From an uncultured Coriobacteriia bacterium (GTDB lineage Bacteria > Actinomycetota > Coriobacteriia > Coriobacteriales > QAMH01), in assembly GCA_959608885.1 (NCBI GenBank), contig CAUHSG010000007.1, positions 1,616 to 65,615 of the forward strand: a DNA stretch of 64,000 nucleotides, given 5' to 3'. The translations under genes and the position numbers were made by a program. The notes below the pieces were generated by a model that saw only the letters and a program-made list of their open reading frames with translations, was not told where the DNA came from and made no database searches. Shown here piece by piece: positions 55,046 through 64,000 of this stretch (positions are counted from its first letter, which is position 1; every line of letters begins with the position of its first letter).

Positions 55046-57565
55046 CTAATTCGCCACGACGTTAACGACGGTCGGGGCGACGATCGTCTTGCGCACGATG
55101 AGCCCCTCAATGCGATCGGCAACGGTCTCGAGCGCCGCGGCAACGATCTCGTCCTCGCTGGCGTCGGCAGCCATCGTGATGTGACCACGCACCTTGCCAC
55201 CGATCATGACGGCGCGCTCCACCTCGTCGGCCTTCGTGGCCTCCTCGTCGAAGCTCGGCCAGGCGACGTCATAGGTGCTGCCCTCGTTGCCGAGTGCCTC
55301 GGTCCACAGCTCGTCGGCCCAGTGCGGCGCGTAGGGTGCGAGCAGCAACACGAGCGTCGTGGCAACCTCATGGCACAGCTCCTTGTCGCGCGCGTCCTCC
55401 GCCGTGGCGTTGAGGTAATCGGCCGTCGTGTTGGAAAGCTCCATGATCGACGCGAGCGCCGTGTTGAAGTTGAAGCGCTCAATGTCGGCGCCCACTTTCT
55501 TAATGGTCGCGTGCATCTGGCGGTTGAGTTCCTTGGCGAGTTGCCCGTCATCGGCCGAGCCGGCGGCATCGGCCAGCGACCACACCTGCCCCCACGCGCG
55601 CTTGAGGAAGCGCGCCATGGCCGCGCAGCTCTTGTCGTCCCACTGCAGGTCCTTGTCGGGCGGAGCCATGAACAGGATGCAGGCGCGGGCGGCGTCGACG
55701 CCGTACTCGTCGATGAGCGACTCGGGCGACACGACGTTGCCCTTGGACTTGGACATCGTCTCGCCCTTGGAGTCCTTGACCATACCCTGGCACAGCAGGT
55801 TGGTGAACGGCTCGTCGAAGTCGAGCATGCCGGCGTCGCGCGCGACCTTGGTCCAAAAGCGCGAGTACAGCAGGTGCAAGATGGCGTGCTCGATACCGCC
55901 GATGTACTGGTCGACGGGCATGAAGCGATCCGCCTTGTCCTTTGCGAAGGGAAGCTCGGTGTTATGCGGGTCGGTGTAGCGCAGGTAGTACCACGAGCTG
56001 CACGTGAAGGTGTCCATCGTGTCGGTCTCGCGATGCGCGGGCTTGCCGCACACCGGGCAGGTGCACTCGTAGAATTCCTTGGAATCCTTGAGCGTTTCGC
56101 CCGCAGCGATGTCGATGTCCATGGGCAGGATGACCGGCAGGTCCTCTTCGGGGACGGGCACCAGGCCGCACTCATCGCAATAGATCATCGGGATGGGATT
56201 GCCCCAGTAGCGCTGGCGGCTGATGAGCCAGTCGCGCAGACGGAAGTTCACGACCCCCTTGCCCAGACCACGCTCGGCGAGCCAGTCGATAACCGCCTGC
56301 ATGCCTTGCGAGTCGTGACCGCCGGGCATACCGGTGAACTGCCCGGACTGCACCATGATGCCATCGCCGTTGAAGGCCTCGTCCCAGTCCACGTCGGTCA
56401 CCTCGAGGTCGCGCACGTCGGCGAGCTCGGTGGCAAGCGGACTATCTGCCGGCACCACGACCGGCGGGATGGCCAGGCCGTACTTGCGCGCGAACTCGAA
56501 GTCGCGCTGGTCGCCACAGGGCACGGCCATGACGGCACCGGTGCCGTAATCGGTCAGCACGTAATCGGAAACCCAGACCGGGACCTTGCTCCCGTTGACG
56601 GGATTGATGACGTAGCGGCCCGTGAACGCACCGTGTTTCTCGCGGTCGCCCATCGTGCGCTCGACGGCAGTTGCCGCAGCCGCGACCTTCTGCACCTCGC
56701 GCACCTCGGCCTCGTACTCGGTACCCGCGACCAGGCGCTCGACGAGCTTGTGCTCGGGAGCAAGCATGAAGAAGGTGCAGCCAAACAGCGTATCCGGGCG
56801 CGTCGTGAACACGGTGATGGTCTCGTCGGTGGGCTCACCTGCCTCATCGCAGAGCGTGAACTTCACCTCGGCACCCTCGCTGCGGCCGATCCAATTGGCC
56901 TGCATCTGCTTGACGCGCTCGGGCCAGCCGGGCAGCTTGTCGAGGTCGTCGAGCAGCTCCTGGGCGTAATCGGTGATCTTGAGGTACCACTGGTCGAGTT
57001 CGCGGCGCTCGACGGTGGAATGGCAGCGCCAGCACGTGCCCTGCTCGACTTGCTCGTTGGCGAGCACGGTCTTGCAGTCAGGGCACCAGTTGACGGGGTT
57101 GGACTTGCGATACGCCAGGCCCTTCTCGTACATCTTGAGGAAGAACCACTGGCCCCAGCGATAGTACTCGGGCTTGCAGGTGACGACGGTGCGGTCCCAA
57201 TCGTAGGACAGGCCCATGCGCTTGAAGCTCGCCATCTGGGTATCGATGTTCTCGAAAGTCCAGGTAGCCGGATGGCTATGATGCTTGATGGCGGCGTTCT
57301 CGGCCGGCAGGCCAAAGGCATCCCAGCCGATGGGATGCAGCACGTCGTAGCCGTTCATGTGCAGGTAACGCGCGTAAACATCGCCGATGGTGTAGTTGCG
57401 CACGTGGCCCATGTGGATGTCGCCGCTCGGGTACGGGAACATCTCGAGCACGTACTTCGCGGGACGCTCGGATGCCTCGTCAAGCTTGAAAAGCTCATGC
57501 TCCGCCCAGTACTGCTGCCATTTGGGTTCGATGGAATGCGGATCATACGCCTCGTGCATGGCCAA
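55046..57565 (-). CDS. leuS: leucine--tRNA ligase
   Basis: HIGH-type motif [15 protein letters not shown] and KMSKS-type motif TMSKSKGN. 839 aa with CP1 editing domain blocks. Confidence 0.96.
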   Translation of the reverse strand: MAMHEAYDPHSIEPKWQQYWAEHELFKLDEASERPAKYVLEMFPYPSGDIHMGHVRNYTIGDVYARYLHMNGYDVLHPIGWDAFGLPAENAAIKHHSHPATWTFENIDTQMASFKRMGLSYDWDRTVVTCKPEYYRWGQWFFLKMYEKGLAYRKSNPVNWCPDCKTVLANEQVEQGTCWRCHSTVERRELDQWYLKITDYAQELLDDLDKLPGWPERVKQMQANWIGRSEGAEVKFTLCDEAGEPTDETITVFTTRPDTLFGCTFFMLAPEHKLVERLVAGTEYEAEVREVQKVAAAATAVERTMGDREKHGAFTGRYVINPVNGSKVPVWVSDYVLTDYGTGAVMAVPCGDQRDFEFARKYGLAIPPVVVPADSPLATELADVRDLEVTDVDWDEAFNGDGIMVQSGQFTGMPGGHDSQGMQAVIDWLAERGLGKGVVNFRLRDWLISRQRYWGNPIPMIYCDECGLVPVPEEDLPVILPMDIDIAAGETLKDSKEFYECTCPVCGKPAHRETDTMDTFTCSSWYYLRYTDPHNTELPFAKDKADRFMPVDQYIGGIEHAILHLLYSRFWTKVARDAGMLDFDEPFTNLLCQGMVKDSKGETMSKSKGNVVSPESLIDEYGVDAARACILFMAPPDKDLQWDDKSCAAMARFLKRAWGQVWSLADAAGSADDGQLAKELNRQMHATIKKVGADIERFNFNTALASIMELSNTTADYLNATAEDARDKELCHEVATTLVLLLAPYAPHWADELWTEALGNEGSTYDVAWPSFDEEATKADEVERAVMIGGKVRGHITMAADASEDEIVAAALETVADRIEGLIVRKTIVAPTVVNVVAN

Positions 57566-57652
57566 CCTCCGATATGCCGTCAGATACGTGCGTCAGATAA
57601 AACAGTGACACATCATACCGCAGCGTCACGCCAATGACGCGCTCAAACGGGG

Positions 57653-58255
57653 CTAAAACGCGATGAGGCCCAGATGTTCGAGGAGTATCTTGAGGCCGAT
57701 GGCAATGAGCACGATACCGCCCGCGATCTGCGACGGCTTCTCGAAGCGCGCGCCGAAGCGATTGCCCACGACGACGCCGACGAGCGAGAGGACGAAGGTC
57801 GTGCAGCCGATGATCAGCGCGGCAACCACGATGTCGATCTGCAGAAACGAGAAGCTGATGCCGACGGCCAACGCGTCGATGCTCGTGGCGATGGCGAGCA
57901 TGAAGAGCTCGCACAGGTCGAGCCTGTCCGTGACGGATTCGTCCTCCTCGCCCTCGTCATGGAAGGCATCCCAGAGCATCTTTCCGCCGACGAAGGCGAG
58001 CAAGGCGAAGGCGATCCAGTGGTCGACCACCGTGACGTAGACGGCAAACGCGTTTCCCACCAACCAGCCGATGACCGGCATGAGGCCCTGGAAGACGCCG
58101 AAGAACAGCGCGATGGCGAGCGCATGGGCGTAGTTGACGCGATGCATGCCAAGCCCCTTGCAGACCGACACGGCAAACGCGTCCATGGAAAGCCCGACGC
58201 CTATGAGGAATATCTCGATAATACCCATAAGGGTGCCAATGATAGCAACTCGCAT
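57653..58255 (-). CDS. mntP: manganese efflux pump MntP family
   Basis: Two homologous halves with LSMDAFAVS and TSIDALAVG motifs. About 6 TM segments. Start is ATG 58255 or GTG 58264. Confidence 0.85.
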   Translation of the reverse strand: MRVAIIGTLMGIIEIFLIGVGLSMDAFAVSVCKGLGMHRVNYAHALAIALFFGVFQGLMPVIGWLVGNAFAVYVTVVDHWIAFALLAFVGGKMLWDAFHDEGEEDESVTDRLDLCELFMLAIATSIDALAVGISFSFLQIDIVVAALIIGCTTFVLSLVGVVVGNRFGARFEKPSQIAGGIVLIAIGLKILLEHLGLIAF

Positions 58256-58346
58256 CGCTTCCACGACGCTCGTCGCTGGATTTTGCTATTCACCATGTCG
58301 AGCTATACTTCAGTCACCATCTGAGTTTCACTCAAGGAGACACGCC

Positions 58347-58715
58347 ATGGAACAGGCCACGTTCGACTACATCGCACCGCGCGTCGATATTCTCTCGACA
58401 TCACAGGCAAGCACACAGGTAACCAAGGACGCGGCGGTCGCGTGGAAGAAAGCCATCACCGCTGACAACAGCGATACTGCCATCGAGCAGGCAACCAAGC
58501 AGCTGCTCGACATCCTCGAAGGACGTCCCACCACCATCGATGGCGTCATCGCCTCTGCCCAAGGTCCCGCCAAGGAGATGTTCGGCGAAGAAGCAGCCGC
58601 CCAGTTCCTGGCAAAGCAGCAGCAGCGCAAGGCCGACGGCGCAAAGTGGTGTGACTGCGACGCCTGCATCGCCGCAAGCGAGATCCTCGCCAAATTCAGC
58701 CGCGCGGAGCTGTAG
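58347..58715 (+). CDS. hypothetical 122-aa protein with CDCDAC motif
   Basis: ATG 58347 follows AAGGAGA. The protein is helical and polar with C-terminal KWCDCDACIAASEIL. I cannot assign a function. Confidence 0.6.
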   Translation: MEQATFDYIAPRVDILSTSQASTQVTKDAAVAWKKAITADNSDTAIEQATKQLLDILEGRPTTIDGVIASAQGPAKEMFGEEAAAQFLAKQQQRKADGAKWCDCDACIAASEILAKFSRAEL

Positions 58716-58722
58716 GATCCCC

Positions 58723-59307
58723 CTACACCGCTGGGTTCGTGAGCCGCAGGATGTTGCGGCCAAACGCGTAGCCGTACGGCGGCTCGGCCACCCAATCGGC
58801 CCTGAAGTCACGCGTCGTGGTCGAGATGCTTTCCCCGCGGTTCACCGTCAGGTACTCGTCACTCCATATGTCGCGGTCGAAGACGAGCAGGCCGCCGTCC
58901 TCGCTCTCGATGATCACGGCCTGCGCCCACCTGAAGTCGATGAGTCGACGCGAGCCCTTGGATAACAGCGCCGTGTCCACTACTACGAGCATGTCGGCCA
59001 CCTGAAATCCGCATTCCACGCGTGTCACGTGCTTGCCCGGCGGCGTCCACAGCTCACCTGTCGCGGGCTCGGCGCGCAGAATCGCGACTTCCTCCTCGAC
59101 GAAATCCGGTCCCAGCGCCAACGTCTCGTGCTCGTTCACGAGGTCAACCGTAAAGCCGTCGAAGGCGAGCCGGGCGGTCTTGTATATGTGGTCGCTCTCG
59201 CCATCGAGGCAGTAGCCCTCGTAGGCGACGAGCTCGCGGCCGATGCACGACCGCAAAAGCGCCAGCGCCGCATCGTCGAACTGCCTGCCGATTTCTATCA
59301 GGCTCAT
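58723..59307 (-). CDS. hypothetical protein
   Basis: Start taken at ATG 59307 (MSLIEIGRQFDD...). The longer ORF would overlap the divergent aminopeptidase start. I recognise no motif. Confidence 0.5.
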   Translation of the reverse strand: MSLIEIGRQFDDAALALLRSCIGRELVAYEGYCLDGESDHIYKTARLAFDGFTVDLVNEHETLALGPDFVEEEVAILRAEPATGELWTPPGKHVTRVECGFQVADMLVVVDTALLSKGSRRLIDFRWAQAVIIESEDGGLLVFDRDIWSDEYLTVNRGESISTTTRDFRADWVAEPPYGYAFGRNILRLTNPAV

Positions 59308-59389
59308 GACAAACCCGCCTTCCGCCTCGCGCTCGTAGTATATTGACGTCCTAAGCATACTGCATCGACCACCATATAGGAGGGTGTTC

Positions 59390-60814
59390 ATGGAACGCGA
59401 TAACGCATGGAAGAGCTATAGCGACAAGGACCTCGACAAACTCGAAAAACTCAGCAGCGACTACATCGAGTTCATCTCGGAGAACAAGACCGAGCGCGAG
59501 TGCGTGAACGCCTCGATCGCCATGGCAGAAAAGGCCGGGTACAAGCCGCTTGCCAAGGCCATCAAGAAGCAGCGCAAGCTCAAAGCCGGCGACAAGGTCT
59601 ACGCCCAAACCCACGGCAAGGCCCTTATCCTGGCGGTGCTCGGCACCGATCCGCTCGAGGACGGCTTCAACATCCTGGGCGCCCACATCGACTCGCCGCG
59701 TCTCGACGCCAAGCAAAACCCGCTCTACGAGAACACCGACATAGCCCTGCTCGACACGCATTACTATGGTGGCATCAAGAAGTACCAGTGGGTCACGCTC
59801 CCGCTGGCCATCCATGGCGTCATCGCCCTCAAGGCGGGCAGGTCCATCGAGGTTCGCGTGGGCGAGGACCCGTCCGACCCCGTGTTCTGCATCTCGGACC
59901 TGCTTCCCCACCTGGGTCAGAAGCAGATGGAGAAGAACGCCAAGGAGGTCATCGACGCCGAGGACCTCGATGTGATCGTGGGCAGCAGGCCGCTTCTATT
60001 CGAGAAGGACAGGCTCAACGACGATTCGCCCGCATGGGAGAAGATTGCCGAGAAGGAGCCGGTCAAAGCTTCCGTGCTCAAGTACCTCGCCGAGTACTAC
60101 GGCATCGAGGAGGAGGACTTCCTCTCCGCCGAGCTCGAGATCGTGCCGGCTGGTCGCGCGCGTGAGATGGGCTTCGACCGCTCCATGGTGATCGGCTATG
60201 GCCAGGACGACCGCGTCTGTGCCTACACGTCGCTCGTCGCCCAGCTCGCCATCGAGAATCCCAAGCGCACCGCCGTCACCGTGCTGGTCGACAAGGAGGA
60301 AATCGGCTCCGTGGGCGCCACAGGCATGGAGTCGCTGTTCTTCGAGAACACCATCGCCGAGATCATGGAGCTCGCCGGCGAGGGCGGCCAACTCAAGCTG
60401 CGTCGCGCGCTCGGCGCATGCAAGATGCTGTCCTCCGACGTCTCCGCCGCGCTCGACCCCTGCTACGCGAGCGTCTTCGAGCCCAAGAACGCGGCATACA
60501 TGGGCCGTGGCCTCGTCTTCAACAAGTACACGGGAGCGCGTGGCAAGAGTGGCAGCAACGACACGTCCGCCGAGTTCGTCGCCGAGGTGCGCAAGGTCAT
60601 GGACGATGCCGACGTCGCGTTCCAGACCGCCGAGCTCGGTCGCGTCGATATCGGCGGCGGCGGCACGATCGCCTACATCCCGGCCAAGTACGACATGGAC
60701 GTCATTGACAGCGGCGTTGCCGTGCTCTCGATGCACGCCCCCTGGGAGATCACGAGCAAGGCCGACATCTACGAGGCGCGCAAGGGTTACGAGGCGTTCC
60801 TGAAAAACGCGTAG
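59390..60814 (+). CDS. M18 family aminopeptidase
   Basis: ATG 59390 follows TAGGAGGG. Blocks GAHIDSPRLD, HYYGGIKKYQW, GYGQDDRVC, EEIGSVGATG and SMHAPWE are typical of M18/aminopeptidase I-like enzymes. Confidence 0.85.
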   Translation: MERDNAWKSYSDKDLDKLEKLSSDYIEFISENKTERECVNASIAMAEKAGYKPLAKAIKKQRKLKAGDKVYAQTHGKALILAVLGTDPLEDGFNILGAHIDSPRLDAKQNPLYENTDIALLDTHYYGGIKKYQWVTLPLAIHGVIALKAGRSIEVRVGEDPSDPVFCISDLLPHLGQKQMEKNAKEVIDAEDLDVIVGSRPLLFEKDRLNDDSPAWEKIAEKEPVKASVLKYLAEYYGIEEEDFLSAELEIVPAGRAREMGFDRSMVIGYGQDDRVCAYTSLVAQLAIENPKRTAVTVLVDKEEIGSVGATGMESLFFENTIAEIMELAGEGGQLKLRRALGACKMLSSDVSAALDPCYASVFEPKNAAYMGRGLVFNKYTGARGKSGSNDTSAEFVAEVRKVMDDADVAFQTAELGRVDIGGGGTIAYIPAKYDMDVIDSGVAVLSMHAPWEITSKADIYEARKGYEAFLKNA

Positions 60815-60843
60815 GGCAACCTACGAAAGAGCCTCATTCGAGC

Positions 60844-60873
60844 GTGCAGCTCCACCGAGCTGCACGTTTTTTT
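60844..60873 (+). terminator. intrinsic terminator of the aminopeptidase gene
   Basis: GTGCAGCTC-CACC-GAGCTGCAC followed by GTTTTTTT. Confidence 0.88.
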
Positions 60874-60914
60874 CGTTTTCGTATGATCGCTCCAGTGTTT
60901 ATACGCATTTTTGA

Positions 60915-61037
60915 CGTTTTCCTAGGACTCGCAGTAACGAATTGCAAGAAACGAGCGTTTTCCTAGAGTTCAGCGCCCATCTAGCCTAGGAAAACGCAAT
61001 TATTGTGCATGCCTCGCCCCGCAAGCCTGGGAAAACG
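60915..61037. repeat. array of four CGTTTTCCTAGG boxes (two direct, two inverted)
   Basis: Copies at 60915 and 60956 (plus orientation) and at 60985 and 61026 (inverted; the last is degenerate, CCTGGGAAAACG). Spacings are 41, 29 and 41 nt, the same as in the 36690-36812 part of the first array. Confidence 0.85.
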
Positions 61038-61064
61038 CCAATTACCAGCATACGAATGCACGCC

Positions 61065-64000
61065 CTAGTCCGTGAAGTACCCCACACCGCCTTCGATGAG
61101 CGGCTGGTAGCTCAAATCCGGGATGTTCTGGTACACGCCCGCACTCCAACGCTCGGTATGACCCATCTTGCCGAGCACGCGCCCGTCCGGACTCGTGATG
61201 CCCTCAATGGCGAGCACCGAGCCATTGGGATTCACGTCGAGGTCCATGCTCGGCATGCCATCCAAGCCCACGTACTGCGTCGCGATCTGACCGCTCTCGA
61301 TGAGCTGCTCGAGCGTGTCATCGTTGGCCACGAAACGACCCTCGCCATGGCTGATGGCAACGGTATGAATGTCGCCCACCTCGCAGCGCGAGAGCCACGG
61401 CGACAGGTTGGAGGCCACGCGCGTACGCACGATGCGGCTCTGGTGCCTGCCGATCGTGTTGAAGGTGAGCGTCGGGCAGCCTGCATCCATCGTGACGATA
61501 TCGCCATACGGGACCAATCCGAGCTTGACAAGCGCCTGGAATCCGTTGCAAATGCCCAGCATGAGGCCATCGCGATCGTTGAGCAGGCGGCGCACGGCAT
61601 CCGTCACGTTGGGATTGCGGAAGAATGCCGTAATGAACTTGGCGCTGCCGTCGGGTTCATCGCCACCGGAAAAGCCGCCGGGAATCATGATGATCTGGCT
61701 GTTGTCGATCTTCTCGACGAAGGCCTTCGTGCTCTCTGCGACCGCGTCCGGCGTCAGGTTGTTGATGATGAAGGTCTCGGGCACGGCGCCGGCGCGCTCG
61801 AAGGCGAGTGCCGTGTCATACTCGCAGTTATTACCCGGAAAGACCGGAATGATGACACGCGGCTTGGCGAGGTTGCCGCAGTACGTGAGCGGGATATTGC
61901 TCGCGTCGCTGATCATGTCGACGCCACCGCCATCCTCGCGATACGGGAACACATCCTCGAGTTCGCTCTCCCATGCTTCCTGCAGCACGGCGAGGCGCAC
62001 GGTCTCGCCTCCGGCGATGATCGCATACTCGTCGATGGTCTCGCCAAGCTCGACAACATGCATGTTCTCCGTCGATTCCGGAAGCTCCGCTCCGGGTGCC
62101 ATCTCGACGGCAAAAGATCCGTATGCGTTGATGAACAGCGTATCGAGATCGACCTCGTCGTTGATGCGCAGACCGATGCCGTTGCCCAGACACATCTTGA
62201 AGAGCAGCTCGGCGTCTCCGCCAAAGCCCGGCGTGCCAACCGCGAGCACCTGACCGGTGTCGATGAGACACTCGATCGTGTCGAGGCATTCGAGCAGACC
62301 AGCCTTCTCGGGCATGAGCCCATCGGCTTCGTAGAACGGATGGATGCACAGCACCTCGTGGCCAGCACCCTTGAACTCGGGGCTCATCGCATGATCGACC
62401 GTACCGACAGCCGTGGCGAAGCTCACGAGCGTAGGAGGAACGTCCAGATCCTCGAAACTGCCGGACATGGAGTCCTTGCCGCCGATGGAGCCCACACCCA
62501 GGTCGACCTGGGCCATGAGCGCACCGAGCAGCGACGCGGCGGGCTTACCCCAGCGCTCGGGGACGTCGCGCAGCGAACCGAAATACTCCTGGAAGGTCAG
62601 GTACGCGTCCTTGCGCGAGAAGCCCGCGGCCACGAGCTTGGCCACGCTCTCGACAACCGCAAGGTACGCGCCCTTGAACTGGTTGGCCGACGACAGATAC
62701 GGGTTGAAGCCCCAGGCCATGCCACTTGTCGTGGTGGTCTCGCCCAGGACGGGAAGCTTGGCGATCATCGCCATGGGGGCAGTGAGCTGCCGCGCGCCGC
62801 CAAAGGGCATGAGTACCGTATTGGCGCCGATGGTCGAATCGAACATCTCGACGAGGCCCTTGTTCGAGGCGACGTTGAGATCGGTGACGACGCTTCTCAT
62901 GCGCTCGGCGAAGCTCTCGCCCTCCCAGCTCGGGGAATAGTCCTCACCGGCGGCAATATGCACGTTCATCTGCTTGGACGCACCATTCGAGTTGAGGAAC
63001 TCGCGGCTCACGTCGACAATCGTGTCACCACGCCAGGTCATGACAACGCGTGGCTCCTCGGTGACGGTCGCGATGACGACCGCCTCGACGTTCTCCTCGT
63101 TTGCATACGAGAGGAATTCGTCCACATCCTCGGCAGCAACGGCACAGGCCATGCGCTCCTGGCTCTCCGAAATGGCGAGCTCGGTGCCGTCCAAGCCATC
63201 GTACTTCTTGGGAACGCGATCTAGATCGATGAGCAGGCCATCGGCAATCTCACCTGTGGCCACGCTCACGCCACCAGCGCCAAAGTCATTGCAGCGCTTG
63301 ATGAGGCGGCAGGCGTCCTTGCGACGGAAGAGGCGCTGTAGCTTGCGCTCAACCGGCGCGTTGCCCTTTTGCACCTCGGCACCGCAGGTCTCGATACTCG
63401 ATACGTTGTGGGCCTTGGAGGAGCCGGTCGCGCCGCCGATGCCGTCGCGGCCCGTGCGTCCGCCGAGCAAGATAATCTTATCGCCCGCAACTGGCGTCTC
63501 GCGACGCACGTGATCGGCAGGTGTCGCGCCCACGACGGCACCGATCTCCATGCGCTTGGCCGCGTAACCCGGATGGTACAGCTCGTTGACCTGGCCTGTG
63601 GCAAGGCCAATCTGGTTGCCGTAGCTCGAGTAGCCATGAGCCGCCGTCGTCACGATCTTGCGCTGGGGCAACTTACCCGCAAGCGTCTCGTCGATGGGCG
63701 TATGCGGATCGGCGGCACCGGTGACGCGCATGGCCTGGTACACGTACGAGCGACCGGACAGCGGGTCGCGAATGCAACCACCAATGCAGGTCGCCGCGCC
63801 ACCGAAGGGCTCGACCTCGGTGGGATGGTTATGCGTCTCGTTCTTGAAGAGGAACAGCCAATCCTCGTCCTCGCCATTCACGTCAACCTTGACCTTGACG
63901 GTACAGGCGTTGATCTCCTCGCTCTCGTCGAGGCCCGTCAAGATACCTTGCTTCTTGAGATACTTGGCGCCAATGGTGCCCATGTCCATGAGGCAGACGG
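61065..64000 (-). CDS. purL: phosphoribosylformylglycinamidine synthase, single-chain form (5' end outside window)
   Basis: Frame is open to the window edge. AIR-synthase-like repeats are present (NHPTEVEPFGGAATC, GGRTGRDGIGGATGSS). The C-terminal class I glutaminase has GICNGFQAL. Confidence 0.93.
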   Translation of the reverse strand, partial: VCLMDMGTIGAKYLKKQGILTGLDESEEINACTVKVKVDVNGEDEDWLFLFKNETHNHPTEVEPFGGAATCIGGCIRDPLSGRSYVYQAMRVTGAADPHTPIDETLAGKLPQRKIVTTAAHGYSSYGNQIGLATGQVNELYHPGYAAKRMEIGAVVGATPADHVRRETPVAGDKIILLGGRTGRDGIGGATGSSKAHNVSSIETCGAEVQKGNAPVERKLQRLFRRKDACRLIKRCNDFGAGGVSVATGEIADGLLIDLDRVPKKYDGLDGTELAISESQERMACAVAAEDVDEFLSYANEENVEAVVIATVTEEPRVVMTWRGDTIVDVSREFLNSNGASKQMNVHIAAGEDYSPSWEGESFAERMRSVVTDLNVASNKGLVEMFDSTIGANTVLMPFGGARQLTAPMAMIAKLPVLGETTTTSGMAWGFNPYLSSANQFKGAYLAVVESVAKLVAAGFSRKDAYLTFQEYFGSLRDVPERWGKPAASLLGALMAQVDLGVGSIGGKDSMSGSFEDLDVPPTLVSFATAVGTVDHAMSPEFKGAGHEVLCIHPFYEADGLMPEKAGLLECLDTIECLIDTGQVLAVGTPGFGGDAELLFKMCLGNGIGLRINDEVDLDTLFINAYGSFAVEMAPGAELPESTENMHVVELGETIDEYAIIAGGETVRLAVLQEAWESELEDVFPYREDGGGVDMISDASNIPLTYCGNLAKPRVIIPVFPGNNCEYDTALAFERAGAVPETFIINNLTPDAVAESTKAFVEKIDNSQIIMIPGGFSGGDEPDGSAKFITAFFRNPNVTDAVRRLLNDRDGLMLGICNGFQALVKLGLVPYGDIVTMDAGCPTLTFNTIGRHQSRIVRTRVASNLSPWLSRCEVGDIHTVAISHGEGRFVANDDTLEQLIESGQIATQYVGLDGMPSMDLDVNPNGSVLAIEGITSPDGRVLGKMGHTERWSAGVYQNIPDLSYQPLIEGGVGYFTD

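Noticed and set aside
57566-57652. T-box or other leader upstream of leuS.
   Set aside because: The 87-nt spacer is too short. It lacks a specifier-loop/T-box arrangement and contains only a weak 6-bp hairpin.
58256-58346. yybP-ykoY Mn2+ riboswitch upstream of mntP.
   Set aside because: The gap to the divergent gene is only about 90 nt. I could not find the conserved riboswitch core sequences.

Overview
High-G+C chromosomal segment coded almost entirely on the minus strand. The gene content includes three DMSO-reductase-family molybdoenzymes within 32 kb, an AthL/BthL-type transhydroxylase homologue, an actinobacterial-style rpoD and a nusA-infB operon. This suggests an anaerobic Actinomycetota of the Coriobacteriia/Eggerthellaceae type (inference only). 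The right third (42.8-64 kb) is ordinary housekeeping: tRNA-Val/Gly/Cys/Met, rpoD-dnaG, ribF-truB-nrnA-rbfA-infB-ylxR-nusA-rimP, leuS, mntP, an M18 aminopeptidase and the 3' part of purL. The left two thirds are accessory. They hold the carB 3' end, a low-G+C Fic gene, and two paralogous TetR-headed modules (SDR-MFS-SDR-VOC, and an AthL/BthL-like molybdoenzyme with VOC and SlyD) that share a 13-nt promoter-region motif. Next come a TerB/ATPase/helicase cassette with Shango (SngABC) architecture, an inserted AAA/DUF4143 gene, transporters and tRNA-Pro. A long minus-strand gene string follows: HdrD-like CCG protein, signal-less molybdopterin oxidoreductase, DUF2064, COG1964-type radical SAM enzyme, ferredoxin::DUF169, flavin reductase, GNAT::PhnP-like MBL and SixA::CHAD. 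Upstream of this string lies a signal-less three-subunit (Mo/FeS/NrfD) enzyme whose catalytic subunit carries a C-terminal tandem repeat. Several dispersed repeat families are not explained by the genes: a MITE-like element with a fragment in frame inside the sngA-like gene, ATGAGACA hairpins, CGTTTTCCTAGG arrays with conserved geometry, and long perfect palindromes. All calls rest on reading the translations and the sequence by eye. No searches or statistics were run, family assignments are from memory of motifs, and hand-indexed non-CDS coordinates may be off by 1-2 nt.
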